63,506 nt of DNA from an uncultured Lachnoclostridium sp. (GTDB lineage Bacteria > Bacillota > Clostridia > Lachnospirales > Lachnospiraceae). The position numbers were made by a program, and so were the translations under genes. The notes beneath the pieces were generated by a model. It was not told the origin of the DNA. It did no database searches and saw nothing but the letters and a program-made list of their open reading frames with translations. The stretch covers positions 1 through 63,506 of the forward strand of contig CAZWLV010000001.1 of the NCBI GenBank assembly GCA_964634715.1, written 5' to 3'. Below, one piece after another: positions 10,109 through 18,249 of this stretch. The stretch's first letter is position 1. Each line of letters starts with the position of its first letter.

Positions 10109-10200
10109 TCTTATGTATACTCCTTTTCTGTATCATTATTTTTCTAACAGCTATTTTTAGTTCCTGTCCGCTTTTTTAGCAGCGGCATTGGAAATTGTAT

Positions 10201-10902
10201 TTATACATTATATTTTCTGCACAGATAAAATTTCGAATATGCCGTCTGTCTTAAACTGTCCAACTGCAGCACACTCTTGATATAATCCGGCAGAAACTCA
10301 TCAAATTTGACTTCCAGAACATGCCATCCTGCCGGCATGACCGGTCTTTTATAGATTTCTTTTTCTAAAAAAGAATCGATCTGATTTGAAGAAGAGATAT
10401 TCTCATCCAGCGTGATCCTTACATTGCCCAAATGATAAACATAGGGAACTCTGTCATATTCTACGATGATCTTCGGCTTCATCAAAGAAGTTTTCATCGC
10501 CAGCAAGAGTTTCTGCAATACCGGATCATATTCTTTGCTGTCCGGCAAAGGCTGTCCTTTCATAAGGATCCTGCACTGTTCTTCTGTCAGGGGACAGGAA
10601 AGTTTTAACGTCTTTCCACGCTCCTTTTTTTTCAGTTCCAGACTGATCTTATCTTTATTTCCATTATAAATGCGGATACGGAACTTTTCTCTTGGATCTG
10701 TTCCATTCTCATTTTCATAATAACATCTGTTATAATAATCGTCAAAATACAGGCTGCGTATCGTGTACATTCCATTTTCGCCCACATGGGAATCCAGCGG
10801 GATCAAATGATGGATCCTTCCCTGGATCAATGCCAGCTGTGCTGCCGTACAGATGTACTTCAGCTCATGACGATATTTTGGTTGATTTTTTTTATCAGAC
10901 AT
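10201..10902 (-). CDS. VTC-domain (polyphosphate-polymerase-like, CYTH/triphosphate-tunnel fold) protein
   Basis: Soluble protein. N-terminal RHELKY, and alternating charged strands (FRIRIY, SLELKKKERGK, VLEVKFD) typical of tunnel enzymes. The track ORF starts at GTG 10920. The ATG at 10902 has an AAGGAG RBS 6 nt upstream. Confidence 0.75.
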   Translation of the reverse strand: MSDKKNQPKYRHELKYICTAAQLALIQGRIHHLIPLDSHVGENGMYTIRSLYFDDYYNRCYYENENGTDPREKFRIRIYNGNKDKISLELKKKERGKTLKLSCPLTEEQCRILMKGQPLPDSKEYDPVLQKLLLAMKTSLMKPKIIVEYDRVPYVYHLGNVRITLDENISSSNQIDSFLEKEIYKRPVMPAGWHVLEVKFDEFLPDYIKSVLQLDSLRQTAYSKFYLCRKYNV

Positions 10903-10916
10903 GCAATACTCCTTGA

Positions 10917-12518
10917 TCACTGTTCCAAATAACTAGAATTATACAATGCTTCATCTAAAAAAGCCAGTCTGTTTTTTGCATAGGTCAAAAGATCCGTACA
11001 ATCTTCTGCATGGATTCCGTCTGGCCAGCGTTCTTCATCTCTGCCCATCGCTCCGGAATCACGAACCTGATGATCCAGCTGTAAGATCAGTGCTTCGATC
11101 GCATCATCGCTAAGGACATCACTCCGCAGTTCTTTATAGAGTGCCTGCATGTGATCTCTGGCTCCTTCACAGTTGAGTGCGATGATCCGGTCTCCGATCT
11201 CCCATGTAACCCGGTTCTGCAGCGTATCTGTCTGAAATTCCGTATAATATGGATTGATCTCACCTACGGAAACATTTCCCCATGTCAGATCCAGATCCCA
11301 TGGTGCAAAATAAAATTTATAGTCATACAAAAGCGTTTCGTCGTATTTTGCCACGAAAAATACATTTTTTGCCGTATGGTCATGCCCTGTGATCATCTGG
11401 ATCAAAAGCCATAATCTCATGGCACTGTCGGAATCAATGATCTCCGGCTGAACTTTTACAAACTCCTCGTCAGGCAGTGTCAGTGCCGCACAAAGATCAG
11501 CCATCGGCTTCCATGCATCTTCGTTCATTTCACCGTCTTTGATCGCAAATCCTTCTACTTCCGCCTCCGGATCCGTTTCATTATAAAAAGTTTTGTACTG
11601 GTAAGTTAATCCACCCGGATTTTTTCTTTTATAAGAATAATCTTCCTCCTGCAGATCCAGCTGTTTTCCATCTACCGGCTCCATCAGACCATAAACGCCA
11701 CAGTAGCTGTTGTCTGCAAAAACTTCTACATAAGTCATTTTCGGTCCATAATAACTGCTTTCAGAGACCGTCTCAGCTCCAAACATCCCCCAGACTTCCA
11801 TGGAAAGTTTATCCCGCAGCTTGCTCGCATCATTATAGATCGCATACAGGATCCAGTCATCGTCTTTTCTCATGCCAAACAGAGACAATTTATTTTTTTC
11901 CGTTTCTCCGTCATTTTCTTTTGTCAGATTGAGCTTGTACCCTTTTTTCGGAAACATCCTGCTTGTATTTCCCCTGATATGCCCGTTATAATCCGACTGC
12001 TGTACACCATACATCGAAAAATCCGTATCATAAAAAACGGCAGTCCCCGTAATCTCTTCTGTCAGAAAACCTTCGTTCGTAGCAAGATCGATCACCGGAA
12101 GTCCGGTAAATACGACATAATATTCTGCCCATGACTGATCATCATAGACCAGCATCTGAAAAGCTTTTCCCTGTGCGATCACTGATTTTTTATTATGGTC
12201 AGAAATGTCTTCTGCAAACAAAACACTGTATTCCGGCTGTCCGCTTACAAATTCCAGCTTTTCCCACTGTTCCTCTTCCATATCTATCGGAACATAAAAC
12301 GTACTTCCTGCATCGTCAAACGGAACACGCATTTCATTGCATAAAAGTGCGGTAAATTCCAGTTTTTCCACCTGTCTGTGTGTCTTCTGGATCAGCTGGA
12401 CTTCTCTTTTTGATACGGTATTGAATACAGCAAAATTTTTATCCTGCAGTCTGTCTATCAAAATAAAACTGCTGATCAGCAAAATAATGCTTCCTAGCAG
12501 AAACAGTTTCTTTTTCAT
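10917..12518 (-). CDS. CotH-family atypical kinase-fold protein, membrane-anchored (paralogue 1)
   Basis: 533 aa. N-terminal anchor MKKKLFLLGSIILLISSFIL. CotH-type motifs IRGNTSRMFPKKGYKLNL and FAPWDLDLTWGN. GAGGA RBS. Confidence 0.8.
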   Translation of the reverse strand: MKKKLFLLGSIILLISSFILIDRLQDKNFAVFNTVSKREVQLIQKTHRQVEKLEFTALLCNEMRVPFDDAGSTFYVPIDMEEEQWEKLEFVSGQPEYSVLFAEDISDHNKKSVIAQGKAFQMLVYDDQSWAEYYVVFTGLPVIDLATNEGFLTEEITGTAVFYDTDFSMYGVQQSDYNGHIRGNTSRMFPKKGYKLNLTKENDGETEKNKLSLFGMRKDDDWILYAIYNDASKLRDKLSMEVWGMFGAETVSESSYYGPKMTYVEVFADNSYCGVYGLMEPVDGKQLDLQEEDYSYKRKNPGGLTYQYKTFYNETDPEAEVEGFAIKDGEMNEDAWKPMADLCAALTLPDEEFVKVQPEIIDSDSAMRLWLLIQMITGHDHTAKNVFFVAKYDETLLYDYKFYFAPWDLDLTWGNVSVGEINPYYTEFQTDTLQNRVTWEIGDRIIALNCEGARDHMQALYKELRSDVLSDDAIEALILQLDHQVRDSGAMGRDEERWPDGIHAEDCTDLLTYAKNRLAFLDEALYNSSYLEQ

Positions 12519-12542
12519 CCTATTTTCCTCATATACTGCTAT

Positions 12543-12571
12543 ATTATACCATTTGACCTATTATAATTCAA
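12543..12571 (-). promoter_or_regulatory. candidate sigma-A promoter for the CotH-VTC-DUF4956 operon
   Basis: On the minus strand: -35 TTGAAT, a 17-nt spacer, and an extended -10 TGgTATAAT. It lies about 25 nt upstream of the CotH ATG. Confidence 0.5.
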
Positions 12572-12618
12572 ATATTATCACGGATTTCTTATATTTTTAT
12601 TAATTTTCCCCACAGACT

Positions 12619-12647
12619 TTGACATTTCCCCCAATTCCTTTTACATT
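12619..12647 (+). promoter_or_regulatory. candidate sigma-A promoter for the phosphoesterase gene
   Basis: -35 TTGACA (12619-12624), 17-nt spacer, -10 TACATT (12642-12647). The GGAGG RBS is at 12666-12670. Confidence 0.4.
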
Positions 12648-12675
12648 GGAACAAAGAAACGAACTGGAGGATCTT

Positions 12676-14109
12676 ATGAAAAAACGTTATCAAATTTTAT
12701 TTTCTTTATTACTGCTCCTTTCCGTCTGCATGATTGGCTGTGGAAAAGACCAGCCGCAAAGTTCTGATGAACTTTTAACGGACACCTCTGAAATGTCTCC
12801 GGATGAAACACCGGATGAAGAGCTTCCGGAAGAGATCATTTCCGATGAAGCCTCCGATGAATCTCCTATGGAAGAAGAAACTGCTGTTTCCTATCCTTAC
12901 TGGTGGGAACTTCATGATTATAATCTGGATCAGGAACTGCTGGCTGAAGACGGTGAGATTAAAAATTTAAGTATCCAGCCGGGAAACAATCCCGATGAAT
13001 TATATCTTACCTGGTTTTCAAGATCAGATTCCCGCGGAAAAGTCAAATTTCATAAAGAAGGTCTTTTTAATGACATTACCGTAAAGGCTGTAACAGAACC
13101 AAGCGTTTCTGTTGCCGGATATTACCGCAACAGTGCACTGGTCACCGGATTAGACTCCAATACCAGTTACACTTACTATGTAAAAAACGGACACAGTGTT
13201 TCACCAACTTACACTTATGAAACCGGTGATCTTACTTCTACAGACTTTACCTTTACCATTGCCGGTGATCCTGAGATCGGGCTTGGAGATCCGGAAGTGC
13301 TTCCGGGACATCGCAGCATCTGGCGTGTCATGTTAAACCGTATGAAATCCCAGATTCCGGAATCCGATTTTCTTCTGGTCATGGGAGATCAGGTCGCTGA
13401 TCCTGCTTCTGAAACACATTACGATTATTTTTTAGACAATTCCGTTTTATACTCTACGGCACTGGTACCCGTCATGGGAAATCATGATGTGGGAAGCGGA
13501 TTTTTCGGAGATCATTTTTCTCTGCCGAACCTGAATTCCATCGGTACTTCCGAAGGACGTGACGGCAACTACTGGTTTACCAGAGGAAATGTTCTTTTCA
13601 TGGTATTAAACAATCCTTCACCGACACATTATACGGAACATGAAAATTTTGTAGAAGCAACGGTCAATCAGAATCCTGATGCAAAATGGAGGGTCATCAT
13701 CAGCCATTATTCTCCTGCATCTATGGTAGAAAAATATCAGGGAGCCGCTGAATCCGTAAAATCGTCTTATTCCTACATGGCAAAAGTGTACGGGATCGAT
13801 CTGTTTTTAGGCGGTCATGACCACATTTATACCCGAAGCTATCTGATGGACGAAAACTTCAATCCGGTTTCTACAAATGTCGAATCCGAATTTTATGATC
13901 CGGGATATCCGCTCTATGTGATCTTCAACGGCTCTACTGATGCCCTGCTGCGTCAGCCGGACAATGATTATCCGTGGGCGGCCGTCTGCGTACAAAATGA
14001 TGTGCCGCAGCTTAGCCGTGCCGATGTTACAGAAAATTCTTTTACGATCACAACCTATGATGCTGATTCCTGGACTGTGATCGACAGTTTTACGATCTAT
14101 AAAGATTAA
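12676..14109 (+). CDS. secreted lipoprotein metallophosphoesterase (purple-acid-phosphatase-like)
   Basis: Lipobox MIGCGK, then an acidic low-complexity linker (DETPDEELPEEIISDEASDESPMEEE). An N-terminal PAP-type beta domain follows. Metallophosphatase motifs: IAGDPE, MGDQVAD, MGNHDV, SHYSP, GGHDHIY. Start chosen at ATG 12676 with the RBS GGAGG. Confidence 0.8.
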   Translation: MKKRYQILFSLLLLLSVCMIGCGKDQPQSSDELLTDTSEMSPDETPDEELPEEIISDEASDESPMEEETAVSYPYWWELHDYNLDQELLAEDGEIKNLSIQPGNNPDELYLTWFSRSDSRGKVKFHKEGLFNDITVKAVTEPSVSVAGYYRNSALVTGLDSNTSYTYYVKNGHSVSPTYTYETGDLTSTDFTFTIAGDPEIGLGDPEVLPGHRSIWRVMLNRMKSQIPESDFLLVMGDQVADPASETHYDYFLDNSVLYSTALVPVMGNHDVGSGFFGDHFSLPNLNSIGTSEGRDGNYWFTRGNVLFMVLNNPSPTHYTEHENFVEATVNQNPDAKWRVIISHYSPASMVEKYQGAAESVKSSYSYMAKVYGIDLFLGGHDHIYTRSYLMDENFNPVSTNVESEFYDPGYPLYVIFNGSTDALLRQPDNDYPWAAVCVQNDVPQLSRADVTENSFTITTYDADSWTVIDSFTIYKD

Positions 14110-14117
14110 AAACCGTG

Positions 14118-14146
14118 TTGCTATTTTAAATATCTAATGTTATAAT
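14118..14146 (+). promoter_or_regulatory. candidate sigma-A promoter for the HTH-Ugd gene
   Basis: -35 TTGCTA (14118-14123), exactly 17-nt spacer, consensus -10 TATAAT (14141-14146). Confidence 0.5.
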
Positions 14147-14188
14147 TATCGAAGTTGATTTTTGTAATTATTGTTATTTAAAATAGCA
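14119..14188. promoter_or_regulatory. 14-bp perfect inverted repeat (candidate operator)
   Basis: TGCTATTTTAAATA (14119-14132) and its exact reverse complement TATTTAAAATAGCA (14175-14188). The left arm overlaps the -35 box. The right arm lies between the -10 and the RBS. Confidence 0.5.
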
Positions 14189-14216
14189 TCTCATTGATAG
14201 AAAGGATGATTTTCTT

Positions 14217-15695
14217 ATGAAAAAATTGTCATTAACGTTATTATCTGATACCGTTTCTCAAAAGAGAAAAGAAAAAGGACTGACTCAGCAGCAGCTTTCT
14301 GACCTGACCGGCATCAACCGTTCCATGATCGGCCGTCTGGAAAAACAGGACTTTACACCTTCTATTTCCCAGCTGGAAAAATTAGGTGAAATCTTAGAAT
14401 TTGAACCGACCGACTTATTTACGGAATCTAAAACAGCTGCTCCGGCAGAAAAAGTTTCTCCGATGAATATCGCAGTAGCCGGTACCGGATATGTCGGACT
14501 TTCCATTGCCACACTGCTGGCACAGCATAACCATGTCACGGCCGTAGACATCATTCCTGAAAAAGTGGAAATGATCAATCACCGCCAGTCACCAATTCAG
14601 GATGAATATATTGAAAAATATCTGAGTGAAAAAGAACTGGATCTGACTGCTACGACAGACGGTGCTTCTGCTTATAAAAATGCCGATTTCGTCATCATCG
14701 CAGCACCGACCAACTATGATAGTAAGAAAAATTATTTTGACACCAGTGCAGTAGAGTCCGTGATCCAGCTGGTATTAGAAGTCAATCCGGAAGCCATTAT
14801 GGTCATTAAATCTACCATACCGGTAGGTTATACCAAAAGTGTCCGTGAAAAATTCCATACAGACCGCATTTTATTCAGCCCGGAATTTTTAAGAGAATCC
14901 AAGGCACTGTATGATAATCTTTATCCAAGCCGTATCATCGTTTCCACCGAACCGGAAAATGAACACCTTGATAAAGCTGCCCATACTTTTGCCGCACTGT
15001 TACAGGAAGGTGCCATCAAGCAAAACATCGATACGCTGTTTATGGGTTCCACTGAAGCGGAAGCGGTGAAACTTTTTGCCAATACGTACCTTGCACTCCG
15101 TGTCAGCTACTTTAACGAACTGGACACTTATGCAGAAACCAAAGGACTGGATACCCAGTCCATCATCAACGGTGTTTGTCTGGATCCAAGGATCGGAACA
15201 CATTACAACAATCCTTCTTTCGGATACGGTGGTTATTGCCTTCCAAAAGACACAAAACAGCTTCTTGCCAACTACGATCAGGTTCCGCAGAATATGATGT
15301 CTGCCATTGTCGAAAGCAACCGTACAAGAAAAGATTTCATCGCAGACCGTGTTTTAGAGCTTGCAGGTGCTTATGAAGCCAACAGTTCCTGGGAACAGGA
15401 AAAAGAAAAAGAAGTTGTTGTCGGCGTTTATCGTTTGACCATGAAGAGTAACTCTGACAACTTCCGCCAGAGCAGCATTCAGGGAGTTATGAAACGGATC
15501 AAAGCAAAAGGAGCCACCGTTATCATTTATGAACCGGCTCTGGAAAACGGCACCACGTTCTTTGGCAGCAAAGTCATCAACAATCTGGCTGAATTCAAGA
15601 AAAAAAGCCGTGCCATCATCGCCAACCGCTACGACAGCTGTTTAGATGATGTCAAAGAAAAAGTTTATACGAGAGATCTCTTCCGCAGAGATTGA
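14217..15695 (+). CDS. ugd: fusion protein: XRE-type helix-turn-helix domain + UDP-glucose 6-dehydrogenase
   Basis: Residues about 10-70 are an HTH_3-like domain ([41 protein letters not shown]). From residue 83 it is a full nucleotide-sugar dehydrogenase ([14 protein letters not shown], catalytic GGYCLPKD). There is no stop and no obvious internal RBS between the two parts. Confidence 0.85.
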   Translation: MKKLSLTLLSDTVSQKRKEKGLTQQQLSDLTGINRSMIGRLEKQDFTPSISQLEKLGEILEFEPTDLFTESKTAAPAEKVSPMNIAVAGTGYVGLSIATLLAQHNHVTAVDIIPEKVEMINHRQSPIQDEYIEKYLSEKELDLTATTDGASAYKNADFVIIAAPTNYDSKKNYFDTSAVESVIQLVLEVNPEAIMVIKSTIPVGYTKSVREKFHTDRILFSPEFLRESKALYDNLYPSRIIVSTEPENEHLDKAAHTFAALLQEGAIKQNIDTLFMGSTEAEAVKLFANTYLALRVSYFNELDTYAETKGLDTQSIINGVCLDPRIGTHYNNPSFGYGGYCLPKDTKQLLANYDQVPQNMMSAIVESNRTRKDFIADRVLELAGAYEANSSWEQEKEKEVVVGVYRLTMKSNSDNFRQSSIQGVMKRIKAKGATVIIYEPALENGTTFFGSKVINNLAEFKKKSRAIIANRYDSCLDDVKEKVYTRDLFRRD

Positions 15696-15712
15696 TCATC
15701 TTCTCTAATATT

Positions 15713-15743
15713 AAAAAAACAGGTTCTAAGACCTGTTTTTTTA
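15713..15743. terminator. bidirectional rho-independent terminator
   Basis: AAAAAAACAGGT-tctaag-ACCTGTTTTTTT: a stem flanked by an A-run and a T-run. It lies between convergent genes ending at 15695 (+) and 15789 (-). Confidence 0.7.
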
Positions 15744-15788
15744 ATATCCTTTGAATCTTTCCTTTACAAAGTTTCAAAAACACATTTG

Positions 15789-16724
15789 TTATTTTCTGCG
15801 GATCCAATGCTTTTTGACTTTCTTTAATACATTTACCACTCTTGAAGGCAGGAGTTTTTTCAGATGACGTTTGACTTTTTTCCGAAAACTTTCCCGTTTT
15901 ACCGAAATCACACAGTCATAAACAGTTTCTTCAATACTTCCGTAATGGGTCTTATATTCAAAATCTCCCCCTGCAAAAAACAGTTCCGTATGTTTTTTCT
16001 CCACCATCCGCACCAGATGATGGAAAAATACTGCTTTTCCAAGAGAATAATCTCTCATTTCCGGATTATATGCAAAATTTTCTCCATAAACGACCGGGCA
16101 CTGTTCACAGGAAAACCGGACGGCTCCGATCGTTCCTCCAAAAGTAAATACGTAACAATCCGAAACATGATAACGATCCAGATATTCCTCCGGTGTCATC
16201 TTATAAACTCTGTTTCTCGTTGCATATTTAAACTCAAAAAAGGCTTCCACTACTTCCATAGGGATCTCATTTCTCTGATATTCCTTAATCTCCATCTTTC
16301 CGTAGGCTTCTTCTGCAAACCGCAGTTTTTTACGCATTTTCTGACGGGATTTGTAAGAGATCCGATGTTCCATTTCTTCTACAGTGTCCGGAAATACGAT
16401 CCTGAAATGATTATGCGCATGGGCTTTTCCACAAGCTATTACACCATTTTTATAGGTCACTTTTTTGATCTGCGGATGCTTTTTCCCGATATAAGAAACC
16501 AGCTTCTGCACTTCCTCTTTTGTAAGTGACATCAGCCAGATCCCAAGCTCTGCTTCTTCTTTCTGTAAGCGGTATTCTACGATCTTTCTTTCTTTTCCAT
16601 GGATGATCTTTACTGCTCTATATTCTTCCGGCTTACAAAACAGATCATATCTGTTATAAATAAAATCCGGATCCATCTTTTCTAATTCTTTTGTATTTTT
16701 TACACTTTTTATTTTGATTCTCAT
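15789..16724 (-). CDS. FemAB/CelD-like (Acetyltransf_6-type) GNAT-fold acyltransferase, function unknown
   Basis: 311 aa. The C-terminal region LGKAVFFHHLVRMVEKKHTELFFAGGDFEYKTHYG resembles the BioF2/CelD-like acyltransferase family. The family assignment is by eye only. Confidence 0.5.
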   Translation of the reverse strand: MRIKIKSVKNTKELEKMDPDFIYNRYDLFCKPEEYRAVKIIHGKERKIVEYRLQKEEAELGIWLMSLTKEEVQKLVSYIGKKHPQIKKVTYKNGVIACGKAHAHNHFRIVFPDTVEEMEHRISYKSRQKMRKKLRFAEEAYGKMEIKEYQRNEIPMEVVEAFFEFKYATRNRVYKMTPEEYLDRYHVSDCYVFTFGGTIGAVRFSCEQCPVVYGENFAYNPEMRDYSLGKAVFFHHLVRMVEKKHTELFFAGGDFEYKTHYGSIEETVYDCVISVKRESFRKKVKRHLKKLLPSRVVNVLKKVKKHWIRRK

Positions 16725-16797
16725 GTGGCATTATCTCCCCAAATAATATAAAATGTATTGTATCATATATCAAGAGGAGTGTCCACGGAGGTTACTT

Positions 16798-18159
16798 ATG
16801 ATTCATAAAGAGAAAACACGATTATATTTTGCACCGCATCAGGATGACGAACTTCTGACCATGGGGATCGACATCAGTTCTTCGATCTCTCATAACTGTG
16901 AAGTACATGTGATCTTATGTACTGATGGTTCCAGATCCAATGTCCGCAAAACTTTAAATAATGGAACAACCTGTTCCAAACACGATGGTACTCATATTTA
17001 CGAACTTTCTGCTGAAGAATTTACTGCTGCCAGAGATAAAGAATTTACAGACAGCTGTCTTGCTTTGGGAGTCCCTGCTTCCAACATCCATATTTATGAA
17101 GAGCGTTCCGTTGACGGCAGCCTTTCTGTGGAAGCTGCCCAAAAGATCATCAGCCACTATACTTCCCTTTATGGAAAAGATGCTGTTGTCTGTACGATCG
17201 CTCCAAACAACGGTCCTGCCCAGCATAAAGACCACAAGGCACTGGGAAAAGCAGCTGAAAATTTATTAAACAACGGAAAATTACAGGAAGTTCATTTTTT
17301 CATCGAACCGTATCATGCAAAAAAAGTACTGGATAATCCACGTCTGCTTCCGCTCTATCCATTTTCCCAAAAGGCATCTTCTGCCACGGCTCAGCAGCTG
17401 AAAAAGGCAATCCAGTCTTACTCTTACTGGAATCCCCAAAAACAGCGTTATGCCGTAGGATATCATTCTGTCACCACAGAATTTAATGACTTTTTAAAAG
17501 AGATGACTTCTTATCATTACGTCAAAAAACCATGGTCTTCCATGAGTGCGGCAGATAAATTAAATTACCGTTACCGACGCTGGTTAAAACTGCAAAAGCA
17601 ATCCCAGCTGTTTTATTCCATGGCAGAGTGTCCGCAGCCAAATCTGGACTCTTTAACAGCAGTTTCTGTGGAAAAACAGGAAGATTACCGTAATTTCTGC
17701 CAGAAATATGATTTAAAACTCCGGGAAAAAGATCTTCAGCGGCTTTCCGACGGTTCTTCTTTCTGGTGCCTGCTCAACGAAGATCAGATCGTGGTATCTA
17801 CCGGCTGGCTTGTTTATGGCTCTCAGTTTTACATCGGTGAAACAGACTACGGATTTGATATGAAGCATTCTTCCGCCGGCATTCTGTTTGATTTTAATAC
17901 CAAACCGGAATACCGTGGAAACGGTTACTATGGACTTTTGCTGCAAAGCATCGTTCATCGTGCCAAAAAACCTTCCCGTTTCATCATCTACACTGCACCG
18001 GACAATACTGCCAGTGCCAGAGGGATCCAAAAAGCCGGCTTTCATTTTGGCGGTGCTTTATCCGCATCAGAGCATACACTCAAACCTTATCTGAAATCAG
18101 CCGGATTTACATCCATCTTTCGAAAAAACCGTTTCTTTGGAATGCGGGTTCGTAAGTAA
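16798..18159 (+). CDS. fusion protein: PIG-L/LmbE-type N-deacetylase + C-terminal GNAT acetyltransferase
   Basis: N-terminal YFAPHQDDELL and QHKDHKALG (LmbE zinc-site motifs). C-terminal GNAT motif A, YRGNGYYGLLLQ, then ARGIQKAGF. Start at ATG 16798 with a GGAGG RBS 6 nt upstream. Confidence 0.7.
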   Translation: MIHKEKTRLYFAPHQDDELLTMGIDISSSISHNCEVHVILCTDGSRSNVRKTLNNGTTCSKHDGTHIYELSAEEFTAARDKEFTDSCLALGVPASNIHIYEERSVDGSLSVEAAQKIISHYTSLYGKDAVVCTIAPNNGPAQHKDHKALGKAAENLLNNGKLQEVHFFIEPYHAKKVLDNPRLLPLYPFSQKASSATAQQLKKAIQSYSYWNPQKQRYAVGYHSVTTEFNDFLKEMTSYHYVKKPWSSMSAADKLNYRYRRWLKLQKQSQLFYSMAECPQPNLDSLTAVSVEKQEDYRNFCQKYDLKLREKDLQRLSDGSSFWCLLNEDQIVVSTGWLVYGSQFYIGETDYGFDMKHSSAGILFDFNTKPEYRGNGYYGLLLQSIVHRAKKPSRFIIYTAPDNTASARGIQKAGFHFGGALSASEHTLKPYLKSAGFTSIFRKNRFFGMRVRK

Positions 18160-18165
18160 CAGCCA

Positions 18166-18206
18166 AAAGGCACGTCCGATCAATGGATGTGCCTTTCAAC
18201 TTTTTT
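18166..18206. terminator. rho-independent terminator between convergent genes
   Basis: AAAGGCACGTCC-gatcaat-GGATGTGCCTTT followed by CAACTTTTTT. An A-rich run lies upstream, so it could act in both directions. Confidence 0.65.
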
Positions 18207-18249
18207 GTGTACTATATACACTCTTTTTTCATTTAGTTTATTATCTGCG

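Noticed and set aside
10109-10200. Possible terminator or attenuator in the 92-bp gap between the VTC and DUF4956 genes
   Set aside because: Only a 5-bp stem (CCGCT/AGCGG) is present and there is no U-tract. This is too weak to call.
10917-12518. Reading the CotH genes as sporulation (spore-coat) genes
   Set aside because: All three copies carry N-terminal membrane anchors and sit inside vegetative cell-wall polymer operons behind sigma-A-like promoters. No other coat or sporulation genes are nearby.
15864-16529. 221-aa plus-strand ORF
   Set aside because: It lies entirely antisense to the 311-aa acyltransferase-like gene. Its F/I/H-rich composition is typical of antisense frames in AT-rich DNA, and it has no RBS or domain signature.
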